NCBI GenBank assembly: GCA_013115145.1
Contig: JAAPAO010000322.1
Location: 1-39,727 of the forward strand
Length of the DNA: 39,727 bases
Source: Perkinsus chesapeaki ATCC PRA-425
Taxonomy: Eukaryota; Protista; Perkinsozoa
Direction of reading: 5' to 3'
Position numbers and translations under genes: made by a program. Below are positions 22,050 to 34,316 of this stretch, piece after piece; the first letter of the stretch is position 1, and the number at the start of each line of letters is the position of its first letter. The notes below the pieces were generated by a model. That model saw only the letters and a list, made by a program, of their open reading frames with translations, had not been told where the DNA came from and searched no databases.

Positions 22050-25000
22050 TTATTACTCTATATCCCGGGCTCTTCATCAATGCCGGATCCATAATATTAA
22101 ATGCTTTAGCCACCATACATATCTCATTGAACTCCTGGGAAGGGTATAACTCCATTACTGTGCTGATGTTACCATACGCTGATATCGATAAAAATGACAC
22201 CTAAAAAGAAAACAAGGATGATGAACACTACTGGGTGCTCATCTCGAGCCGACTCGGAATAAATAATAATTTAATAAACTGATTCATAAAGCTCTACCCA
22301 AAGATTAAAGGCGTTTTTGAATTTGTTTAGAATGCAATCAGATCGTGGGCCTGGGAATCGAACCTGTGCCCTCAATCATAACACTATTTCACTGTATCGA
22401 GGACCCGATCACTACCTTATCCGCCATCCCCAACAACTTATCAACGTGCTTCTTCAAAAGTGATGAATCAACCTGACATAACACATTCTAAATGTGTTAC
22501 ACCGTTGTCTAAAATTGTGCATTACCCCCAGCATTATTAAGCCCGACACCGTTGCCTCCGTAATACATGTATGAATATGACATTCACGTTTCTATTTACT
22601 AACACACCAATGTAAGTTATATTTATAATAGACCAACGAAGCTAATTACTTTGTTCGTTACGCTAACCACCACCACGCACAACAATAGGTCATGTTAGTT
22701 CTTAACTAAGAGCCAGCTAGCGAAGCTCGATATAATGAAGGGAGTTTCGCCTTTCACAACCTTTGAGGTCCTGTATCTCCTCAACGAATGAACACGCGAA
22801 AATGAATCAAAACAATTAAGTTCTGAGGTTCCCTTTATTTACATCTTAGCTGGTCGTCGAATACACAGGCTAGATGTCCCGATTAACATTCAAAAAACGT
22901 CTTGGTCTATTACCTTAATATTATCTTCTTCTCCATCAGACTCGGCAAACAGAGCAATCTCCAAATTCAAATTTGATAGCTTACCATCGCTCATGACTTC
23001 ATACGTCAACTTGGCGCCTGTGAAATACAACATTCGAACCAAACCATCTTCGATCCGTCTCAGAAAAATGAAATATAAAAAATGTAAAGCGTTTTTCTAT
23101 TTTTACTCTGTGTAAGGAAATGCATCAACCGACGGAAATTTCCTGCACATTTTAAGCCCTAAAGAGATACTCAAGTCGACAACTGAAATCTTCATAGTGC
23201 GCAGCCATGGAGTATCTCACATTCATCATTATCGAGACGATAGGTTGTTATATAAATAATTACAAATAATGCATACTGCACTTCCAACCGTAATAAACCC
23301 CGTTACAAAATAATAGAACGTCACGTAATTTTTGAATACGAAAATTTACTGGGCGAGCGAGAAATACATCACTGGCACATCTGTCATGATTTATACAGCT
23401 TAGAGGCTTAAATGTCAAAAGACTTAACGTCAACAAACGTTAAGTTAAGCTAACGGGTTAGGGTTAACTTAACGTTAAAGCNNNNNNNNNNNNNNNNNNN
23501 NNNNNNNNNNNNNNNNNNNNNNNNNNNNNNNNNNNNNNNNNNNNNNNNNNNNNNNNNNNNNNNNNNNNNNNNNNNNNNNNNTTAACAAAGATTTAACGTC
23601 AACAAACGTTAAGTTAAGCTAACGGGTTAGGGTTAACTTAACGTTAAAGCTTAACAAAGATTTAACGTCAACAAACGTTAAGTTAAGCTAACGGGTTAGG
23701 GTTAACTTAACGTTAAAGCTTAAGAAAGATTTAACGTCAACAAACTTCTTAAATTAAAGGAACTATTCAAAAATTACGATGTTCTATTATTTCGAACGGG
23801 GTTTAGTTTATTGGTGTCTTTTGTAAACAAATTTCCGCCAAGTGAAATGTCCATTAAGCTCCCCGAGTTAGACTTAGAAGCGGACGTTATTTAATCTTTC
23901 ATTGCGATTATCTTTTCCCTCTATCAACCCACCATCCTCGCTCGACAGCTTGACAGTCATTTCCTGGTCGACTATCTCAACATTATACTCGCCTCTCTTG
24001 ACTGGTAAATGAGGACGCATACGCACTGTCGATGGTAAATACCAATCGACCTAAAGAGAAGAAGAGCATATAGCGGAACTGTAGGAGATCGGAGCAACAG
24101 TGAAATGATGATAGCTAGTAGTTATACCGCCCTGCCAGGACTTGTCGGAAAATAAAAGGCTACAGGGGAATAAGGGGACAACAGCAAGACACAAAAGGAA
24201 AATGCCAAACATACACTTCCCCATTGCTTATACAGTCAATAAGCTCACCTTGCTTTTATTCTTGATAATTAGATACTCTTCGAATATATCTGGATCAAAT
24301 AGCCTGACGAACAACAACCTTATAAAACTGTATGGCCGTTTAATATGCCTTTTAATAGACTTTTATTGAAATGCTAGTAGGTTTTAATAAGCCTTTCAAT
24401 AGACGTTTCACTTCGCCTTTTATTAATAAACTAGCAGGCTTTGTATCTCTGTAAGTTATAACGCTCCTTCGGAAAAACATTACTCAGAATCGATACGTTG
24501 TGAAAAGCCGTAATAAAGGGAAACGTAATAACTATCAATCTCACCCAGGTTTTGTGATGAATGACTTAACAACAGACCAAAGCAGGTCCACCGAGCATTC
24601 GGTTGATTCACTTGTCACCGATGCATTGAAATCAGGTAACACTACTGCATCCTCGACTTCACCAGACATAGTGGAAATGAAACTGACCAATAAACAATAT
24701 AATATCTACAAATAAATATTAATAATAATATTATAATAAATCATCCATAATAATATAACTAAATCGAATAGTTGATTATCACGAATACTGCAGTACAATA
24801 TAGCGCTAAACAAAGTCACAAGCCGCACTCCTCCTCATCATCCTGCTGCGAGGTAGGAGATTGACGGTCAGCTGCCACACGAAAGCGGAATGGTGGAGCT
24901 AAAATTGACAAGGCGACTACAATAACAGTAACTCGGGCCTTTATTCGATAACTAAGCAAATTAATCAATTAATTGTTCCTAATAAAAATACGTGTATTTT

Positions 25001-28000
25001 ATCCCCCATATAAGTAAGATATATCATAGTCAAGAAGACACTGCGAGAATACAAGTAACACAACAGCGAATGAAATGGGGACAAGTAACACAACTGGACG
25101 GGTTTTGAATTCACATGCCTTGCTGATCTCGCAAAAGCTCAAGACGCTCCTTGAGCAACTTCTCTCGATGTAGATGACCAACATACCTAAATGCACGCTT
25201 CAAGCTAAGATTCTCTCAATACGACACAATTCGAGAATCTGTGAAATGTACGCATGAAGCAAAGATACGCTTACCATCCCTGAGCCACCGACAGCTCATC
25301 CTCCGTAATAACACTATGGTCGAATGACTTCAACTTACACAGGCATCCAGATTCTGAAACAACATTTCTTGCGCGCCCCAATTCTCATGACCATATCTTA
25401 CCCTCAGATTGCGTCAGCGCTCCCACTATATAAAGCCTATACATTTTCCCACGACCCTCCACCGGATTGCCATTAGCTGTTAATGAACGTAATTTAGGTA
25501 ATCGTTGTAGCTTCACAAACGAGGATAACCTAAAACATCAAATACTACTAACAACCGGAAATTAAAACCCGGAACCCCAAAACCCAAATAATTGCCTCGG
25601 TGCCCGCAGAACGAATTACAACAGCTTAGTAATTCACATTCGACCACAGGCCTATACTGTATCAGTTCCACCAGCTGGTCGTAGCTACGCGAGAAACACT
25701 CGTCGCCTTTCATGAGCTGCAATTCATTACCAAACCTCAGTTCCCAATGTTCCCAATTTTAACCTAATCGAGCTTACGTCGCAGTAGCTAAAACCACATC
25801 CATATTCTTCGACGATCTTAGTGAACGAAGCGCAGGAAATATACAACACAATACTGATTCTACTCGCCATTTTCTTGCGCGCCACTAAATCCTCCCCTTG
25901 TTACTTTCCAATACAATTGCCATGTAAATAGAGTGCCTGTAAATTAGGACACTCCAGCAGCTCTCGATCTACCCTAGTCAAATTATTAAACGATAAGTCC
26001 AAAATTTGTAACCTAAAAATACAGAGACTACACACAACTGGATACTAAAGCCTATTTTATTGCCCAAGTTCCAGCAGTAATGCCGAACTTTGCAAACTGT
26101 CCCCCAAGTCTCGGGAGCATCACTTGTTCAACGAATCGTTAACGGTTAACGTGCTTACCTTTTCTGTATACTAAACCAAGCTAACACTATAAATATTAAA
26201 CGAAAAAGATGTCATGTTTAGTTATAACCTCATCCCAAAAAGTTTACCAGTCCCATTAACTATTTATAATAACCCTAATACGTCGTCCGAGTGGTAAAAA
26301 AATCCATGCGTGCTTTTCACACTGAAATTCCATGGGCGCTTTTCACACTGAAATTCCATGGGCGCTTTTCACACTGAAATTCCATGGGCGCTTTTTACAC
26401 TGAAATTCCATGGGCGCTTTTTACACTGAAATTCCATGCGCGCTTTTCACACTGAAATTCCATGGGCGCTTTTTACACTGAAATTCTATCTCCACCTGAC
26501 AAAGATGTTGAACCATATTTCATTCCAGTCATGTAGACTTACTGGAAGTCAAATCCCTTATTTTCAATTCGGAAGCTACACAGAATTATTCTTGCGAATT
26601 CATATCATTCCCCCTCGGTTATATCCCATTTTTCATGTGTATCGACATAACCCATAGATTTCTTAGTTCCCTTAAGTTTCTTGCTTTACAGTTTTTTCTC
26701 TATTCCCCCTTAATTTGCCAAGTCGATTATCCAATATTTCCCTCATCCATCACCATTATATTTAATCGCCACTACTCTACATCACTACTATACAAATCGC
26801 TATTATGAGTCCTCTCTCCCCATTTATTACCTTTCCCTAAAGCTCACCATCACAGCTTCAAGCGCGCTCGAGAACCCCGCCAAAGATTTCAACGTGTTAT
26901 TATTCAACTTGAGATAAACTGTAATCGGCCGCGTTAAAAATACAGGTGTATCACAGACCACAGTGGGAGCGGCCTCCTCGAATTCCTCCTCCACCATCAA
27001 ACTTGCTACCGGCAACTCTGGGGTGCTTTCCTCGCTCGTTTCTGATGGAAAAAACGATAAAAAATGTACAAGAAACGACAAGACCATGGAAAAAGGACGT
27101 TCAATTTTGCATCTCTCAGTCGTTCTCAAACCAGAAAAAAGTCCATATTAATCTAACAACTCTATTCTTATCCGGAGAATTACTACCAACACTACAAAAA
27201 AGACTACACAAAAAGAAGCATTAGATTTTGCATCTCCTATCAACTCTCCAACGATAGACGTTCGCGAAATAAACGGCTGTCCATTTCTACCAGCAGCACC
27301 AATTTGAAAAAAATAAAAAGTACCGATTCTATAAGTTCCTTCTTATTACCAATATCTTCCTCATCCCCCTCTTCACTTTCATTCTCCGCTCCCTCATCAG
27401 TGCCGCCCTCGTTCGAGCTATATTCCGGGATGGCTATCGGTGCTGGCTGCGGCGCGCTTCTGCTGGCGAAGAAGTCATCTTCATCCTCGTCCAGCTTTGG
27501 TTTTTCAACAATGACTCTCGGGATTCTAGTGCCACTTCGAGGCAGCTCTTGAACCAGATCTGAAATAATGCCCGAATGAAAAAATTAGAAATTTAGAAAA
27601 TATATCTTCGTGGAAGATCGCTCTGACATTCATGACGTTCTGGCATCGACCTCTTCAGCTTATGCAATAGCGCTTCGGGAAAGCAATCCGACATCGATAG
27701 TCGATTGAAGTAGGCATTTCCCACATTTTATAATCTATGTATTTACGGAAATTTCCCGCCGCTCGCCTCCAGAGCTTTCCTTACTATACATATTATTAGC
27801 CTTTATGATAGAGATAGCGATAACGGATTTAGGTAGAGATAACGGAAAATTATCTTATAGATATTCAACTTCAATTTTCCCTATTACCTCCACAACCTAA
27901 AAATAATTTTTCGGGAAAAAAATTTCTAAATTTTCCTCAGAAATTCCCAATAAATAAAGTGATTAGTAATACAATATTATATAATAGTATATACAGTATA

Positions 28001-28166
28001 GTAATTATATAATCTCACCTTCACAGCAACCCAAATCCTTGAATGAGAAGTCCAATGGTTCGCCCGTTACAGTAAGATAGCCAACCACATGCGAATAAGT
28101 TACAATTGGCTCCAATTGTGCAACTTCCGCAGTAGCATCTTTAGATTCTTTATCATCCTCGGTCAT
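22050..28166 (-). CDS. Large multi-exon hypothetical gene with long AT-rich introns; both ends tentative
   Basis: GC-richer AG/GT-flanked open segments: MTEDDKESKDATAEVAQLEP..DLGCCE (ATG 28166); acidic exon EDEDDFF..EEGDEEDI (~27350-27560); PVFLTRPITVYLKL (~26850); GNELQLMKGDECF (~25700); WYVGHLHREKLLKERLELLR; FISTMSGEVEDAVVLPD (~24600); RIEDGLVRMLYFTGAKLTYE (~22950); VMELYPSQEFNEICMV (~22120); not all junctions resolved and no family recognised. Confidence 0.45.
22345..22432 (-). pseudogene. Degenerate tRNA-like element with Pol III A- and B-box-like sequences
   Basis: Minus strand GGATGGCGGATAAGG (A-box-like) ... CAGGTTCGATTCCCAGGCCCACGA (B box); stems poorly paired and no clean anticodon arm. 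Confidence 0.35.
23424..23745. repeat. 69-bp satellite; each unit has a 13-bp inverted repeat around a GGGTTAGGG-containing loop; spans an N gap (23482-23581)
   Basis: Unit ttaacaaagatttaacgtcaacaaacgttaagttaagctaacgggttagggttaacttaacgttaaagc; arms aacgttaagttaa / ttaacttaacgtt (e.g. 23605-23645). Confidence 0.93.
26304..26486. repeat. 26-bp tandem repeat (tccatgggcgcttttYacactgaaat) x7
   Basis: actgaaatt recurs at 26321, 26347, 26373, 26399, 26425, 26451 and 26477. Confidence 0.95.
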
Positions 28167-28994
28167 TTAAAACGATACACTGCAACGTTCCCGACTACGT
28201 GCCCCGTAACTTTGTGTCATCTGTCCCCCCAAGCAACCACGACAGAGCCTTAAATCCTCAATGATCCAACCAACCATAATTTCATAATATCGTAATGCCA
28301 CATTTTACGAGTGTGCGCATGCGTGCAGCTGCACGCATGCACAAATCAAGCAGGGTAAATAACACCTTACTTTCCGCACGGTCATGGCATCGCCCCTACC
28401 ATCATCCGATAAACATAGGAAGAAGTATAGTACTATTGGATAGCTTAACAATAATGCTCAGCCGCCGTTCAACTATTCCAATAACGGGTTTTGCCAAAAG
28501 TAGAACCCGACGACCTACAAACCCGTGATTTATATTTGACAGATTGTGGTTAATACTATCATACCGACCGACATTACCAGACCCACTGAAACCCGAAAAC
28601 CCAACAATTGACGTAATAATGAAACTATAAAAATGATGCCTATATTTCAGCAACTTACACCAGGATAGAACCACCGAAGCAGCAGCAGCGGCAGTAGTAG
28701 TGTAGAAGAAATTGATAACAGGAAGCGACGAGCCATCGCTGTTTAGATGAACAACAACAGCTTTCTATTAGAATTACGCCACAACGATAACATATACGGA
28801 AACTACCAAGCCACCACCATCATACTCAAATGGAATCTCATCATTGTCATTATTATTCTGACACCTCTAGCTGTAACCACTAACGCCGTTATGGAACATT
28901 ACTCACTTATCGACATACTAGATAGATACATAATAAACAACAAGTGATGCTGCAACGACGATAGATAGAAACACATAGAACAGTACTACTGCAA

Positions 28995-29041
28995 GTCGAT
29001 GGCGACATTATAGGTCCCGGGTTCGACACCCGGTCACGACA
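28995..29041 (+). pseudogene. Truncated tRNA-like element: intact T arm and partial acceptor stem, without D and anticodon arms
   Basis: GTCG...AGGTC-CCGGG-TTCGACA-CCCGG-TCACGAC-A; T stem 5/5 paired; 5' GTCG pairs with 3' CGAC. Confidence 0.55.
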
Positions 29042-29220
29042 CCTATTCTCCAACGATGCCACCACAAATCAATTAATAGCCTTCAGAAAGGAGGAAAGTA
29101 AAGAGCCTAGACAAACACGGTGGCCAAGTACATATAAGATAAGAAAAATCGACGACAACGACGACGAGATTGACCTATGCTGCAAACAACAACCTACTTA
29201 AAAAAATCATAACCTCTAAA

Positions 29221-32200
29221 TCACGCTCCGGCATCAACATGCGGACTTGTGGCCAAACTCGATCGCCGACGTCGGTGCTGTTGACTTCCGGAAAAGCTAG
29301 CATCGGTAAAGCTGCTATACGCGCTTGAACTAGCTCTACGCCGGTTGTTGTTGGGCACCGACAAGCCCGACTTCGGAGGAGGCGGAGGGGCTTTACCGAG
29401 GGAGGGCACATTAATCCTGCCGGCACGCTGGAGCTTCTCGATCATATACCAACCGTAAGTGAACTTCTTCAAGACCTGATAATCGAGATAAGAAAACGTC
29501 TGGTATTTAGATAATAATATATTATTTATTCTATTAATTAATATTATTATATATAATCTATTAATTATATCTATATTATACATATAAAAGGGAAACTCAT
29601 TTTGCTACGATCAAAGTCGCAAGGTTTGCAACTCACGAAAGTAAAAACGAGTAAAGGGCAATGAAGAACATTTAGAAAGGTATCCAACCTTCCTACTGAA
29701 GCTTGGATATTTACTTGCCGATCGCAATGTTGTAAAGAAAATAGAATTACACCCTCAACGATAAATATGAAATACTATTATAACATAACATAAACTGTAT
29801 ATAGACTGCTTTCCACCAATACCAATATAAAGTATTCATTAATTATTATCAATATTCACAAATTGCATATTAAGTGCAGATATAAATCAATAACTAGTAC
29901 GACACTAATACCAGTTCGATAAGCTAATCCCAGTAACAACTCCTACCTCAACATTGTCCTCTACCAATCTTCTAACAACTTTAACTTCTGGCATTTCCTT
30001 CTCATCGTGACTAAGTATCCTTCCCACAACATAATTAGCATACCTATCTTTCATCATACTAACAATCGGGCACGATGCTGGCACACCAGGTGTCGCAGGA
30101 GTCAACAAAGCTGAAGGCAAAAACTGAGTGGCAATCGAAACGTCCTCATCTGTTACCTCTCACTAGAGCTCGCTTGTCATCAATATCGCAACACTCGAGA
30201 GATTTCTCGACAACATTCGAGCCGAATTTGTTGGAGCATAGCTCGCCAACGAACGGGAGAAGGAACTCCTGAGGAAGGAAAAACTTCAATGCAGTGTAAC
30301 ATTTACAAAGCAGATAAATGGTAAATTTGGTCAAGGCGAAAATAACTAATCTAACGTGTTATATAAATGAATTCTATATTACAAAATTAAGTATTTAATT
30401 GCTTACAATATTATGAATTATACATTCCTACGTACAACTATGAATATTTCTACGGTACGAAAATTGAATTACACTTTCGTCACCTCACACTACTTTTTAA
30501 CATAATAATAACAATACACACAAAAACGATGGAAAAAAACAACCCAATCACAAAATAAAAAAACGTGACTAGCGATAAATAATTTTCCAATAATGCTCAC
30601 CTGTGCAATCAGATGCCTGTCCTCAGGACGGCCAAACTGAATAGAATGTTGCACGACATAATTGCCGAACTGATCATTCACTAACATATGGCGCTCCGAG
30701 TCATCGGTGGTCTGAAAGGAGCGAAACAGATAATGGTAGGCAACAATAAGACATTCAAGAATGAAGTAGAGCTGCGGGTAAATACAAGGTGGTAACAGAA
30801 AAGGCATGAAATCAAATTTGATCCAATCTTAATTATAACTATTTACAGTGAATGAACTAATACGCATTGGGAAGCGGGTTAGGAGAAACATATAAGATTT
30901 TCGTATGCAATTAGTAGCCAAAATGAGCGCATAAGAAAAATATAGAAAATACAGGGAAAATTGAAACTAACGGAATTTATTATTTTGTCGAGAAGCGCCA
31001 ACAGTAACTCTGAGAAGTAACTATAAATAGAAAAATGATATAAAAAAATATAATAACTCCGAAATAGGTATATGGAATACGGATAGGCATTGCCCTGCTG
31101 ACGATCTACTTACCCCATAGACGACAGCATCTAGTATAGGTTGCTTCTGAGCCATATCACACTTTTGAAGCAACCTCTGAAGCACTCGACAACCATAGCA
31201 GTGGACCGACAAACGAAGGACATGGGAGGCAGTGTGGGCCGACTAAAAATAACAACAACAACTGACAGCGAATCGCGAAGAGGCTCTCAAGTGTGAAAAA
31301 AATTACTCATGAAAGCGATGTCACTAATGAAACAGATACACGCAAAATATTATTATCAATACATCTCCAAGCTGCTTGCCACCAGGCCCGAACGACAACG
31401 GTAAAAAAAAAAACTATTGTTTGCCGGCGCGCTAGGCAATAGCCGGAGACAACTCCTGTTAGATTTACCATTTCCCACTAAATGAAAATCTAACATTTTC
31501 CCTACCGTTACTCACTTTACTTGTAGCATCGTCCTTCCCCACGAGGGCGTCAACAATAAACTGCACCTCCTCGCTCGGTAGACACTCTATGAACTTTTGC
31601 ATAACATGATTGCCATTAACATCAGCGCACAGCTCTATCACATTGGGACCGGTGCCAGCGGCTAGGAAACGACAATCTTCGACAGAACCAACCTGAACAA
31701 GACGTTGACTTTAAGCAGAAACAAAAGGAAAGATTTTCGATACAAACCGATTGATTCGAGAGAAATGGACCGAATCGACGAAAATACAATATTGATACGG
31801 ATAATCGAAAGAGCAGAACTTTCAGCAGATCCTCAGTGAAGCGTTATTGAAGAGACACCAAGGTAAAGAGAACAATCACGATAATAACAAACCCATCACA
31901 CATACATAAAACTAAATAAGATGTTATAAGATGATCCACTCTAAATTTGAATTTTGAATTTATTACCAATTTTCGAGATGTGATTATTTCTTGTACCACT
32001 GAAAAGCGATAATAAAACTACTACACCCGAATAGTGATTAAATTTCAATTCCACACGTTATTATATAATACGGAATAATAATAATCATATCATTACCTCG
32101 ATAGCCTTCTGTATGACTCGGCATCCATGAGTGTGCATTGATAATGGTACGACATTTGGAGCTAATTGCTCCCTAATTATAATAGAACACTCCTCTGGGG

Positions 32201-34316
32201 TGGCATTATCCATATACTCCTGTAACCGAGCTGAAAAAGGCAGCATTAACATCTAAATAAAAAAATATATTATTCAGTCGACCATAGCGGCGCCCAGAGA
32301 TAATACCAATATAGACAGAACTAATACGAAATTTACGACACTTAGATGATCGAGCGTAACCATACGAACTTCAACAATTTAACCACGAAAAACATAACCC
32401 TTGAACCAGCGAGTACTGAGGTACATTATGGAACCGTCACTTGATCGATAGGAAGACACAAAACGATTTCCGGATACAACCAGGTAAATGATTTCCGGAT
32501 ACAACCAGATGATAAAATGATCTCACCTGAACCCTTCGCATCTCGACACATTCTCGGTACATCGGAAACAGGACTACCGCCGTTAGCTGATGTTGCTGTG
32601 GAACGACGCTCGAATTCAAAACCTGAGAAATCGCAACTATTATAACAATACAGAAATTGGAAAGAATACTGGTACGGATTCATATCCATACGAGAATTCG
32701 ATCTACTATGAAATATTACGGTGCAATATATTATTACATATCGATATAAAGGGATGCTCCTATGAACTAGAGGAGATAGAAGGGCCGACCACCAAAGGCA
32801 TAGCCGAAAATGACGTAAGAGAAAATCACTAACGATAATAATTTCATACGAATTATTATCAAAATAGAAGAATATATAATGCAAATAGTATTATATTTTT
32901 ATAATAATTATTATATACAAAATATTATCATATAAACAGCAATATGGCAAAAGCGAGAGATTGCTAACATCCGTATCAAGATAGAATAAACAGAAAATTG
33001 CAACCGACTTACTAGAGGAAGATCTCCGCTGTCGCTGCTGACCACCACGAACGCTAGTTTCACCGGAGCCAGGCAACTGCAAACTACCATTGGAAACACC
33101 TGACGTAAAAGAACAAATAGACAGGAGCACTTCAGTAACCATAAAGATAAGCTAAACCCAATTATATGAATACTCACCATTAACAGAGCCAGCATTGAAT
33201 TTCGGGGAGGGAGCATCACCGAGTAGACCGTTGGTGTATCGATCGATCGCCGAGGTATCAATCATCGAGGAAACCTTCGCTGGAGCGGGACCGAGGGTGA
33301 CAGAACGATTGCTGCTACTGCTGCTTGGGATGGAATAGGTCATAGTAGATGGGGAAGAAAAGGGATCCTCATGATGTATCTAAGGTTGAAGCTTACAAGA
33401 TACAAAATAGCTTACATCTTACATTGATGCTTGGTGCTCTATCACGTGGACTTTCCTTCCTCTCATCAATATACGGTATAGAGTCTTCATGGCCAGCGAA
33501 AAGATCACCGAAATCCACTTGACCAGCACTTCTTGTTAATTCTTGGACGAGCATCGACGCAGCGTTAATTTCATCAATACTATACGGGGCCGACAAACTG
33601 CCTGAAACCGACAAGAATAATACATCCGATTAATTTGCAGTTTATACCAAATACCAGTAAAATATTCTCGCGAAATTACTTTCCACAAAGACTCAGCATT
33701 TTTCAACATCACAAGTCGATAATAATATCGTCAAAAGGAAAACAGATTCATTCACTAAACTGCCAAGAATCAAACAACACAAATGTTCGTGACACATTCG
33801 CAACGTCAACAAGGAAGCAATAAGACTTCAAGTTCAACAAAGACAACGCTTATAAGAAAAAGTAGCGAAACTGTTATCAACGACGATACAGATACAAAAA
33901 TAATAATAATAATTGATTGACGACACTCACCGTGGTCTTCCCCTCGAGCTAGACTCATCGCTAGTAGGACACCTTTAGGCAACTGTACCGTAAGCACATC
34001 CGTGCCGATATAGACCTGGACAATAATACCATACAGAAGAAATAAAACAACTTACTTGTGCTGGCTCCGTATCACTTTCCGAAGTGACGGAGGAAAAACC
34101 ATGGGGCAGCCCAGGGGGGGCAATTTCCGGGTTCACAGGAGGAGTTCCAGGAGGCTCGGAACCAAAGACAGATACCGGCAAGTGGTCGATGTCGCTGTTA
34201 CTTGTAGTGGTGAGATCGACGCCATACGAGGAGTCTTCTTTAGAGTTGAACAATGTATCTTCGATTGGCGAGGTTGTGGTGGACGTCATAATAATTTCTT
34301 TTGAAGAGATGGGCAA
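29221..34316 (-). CDS. PUF: PUF/Pumilio-family RNA-binding protein, multi-exon, with a Ser/Pro-rich N-terminus and 7 PUF repeats; 5' end tentative
   Basis: Repeat cores: DAKGS|ARLQ, HTHGCRVIQ, DVNGNHVMQ, HCYGCRVLQ, DQFGNYVVQ, NKFGSNVVE, DRYANYVVG; capping helix LKKFTYGWYMIEKL; stop at 29221. Confidence 0.92.

Noticed and set aside
18938-26486. Tandem arrays as possible CRISPR arrays
   Set aside because: Units are contiguous with no unique spacers, there are no cas genes, and the context is eukaryotic
32466-32505. Direct duplication of gatttccggatacaaccag in a PUF intron
   Set aside because: Simple local slippage duplication with no element features
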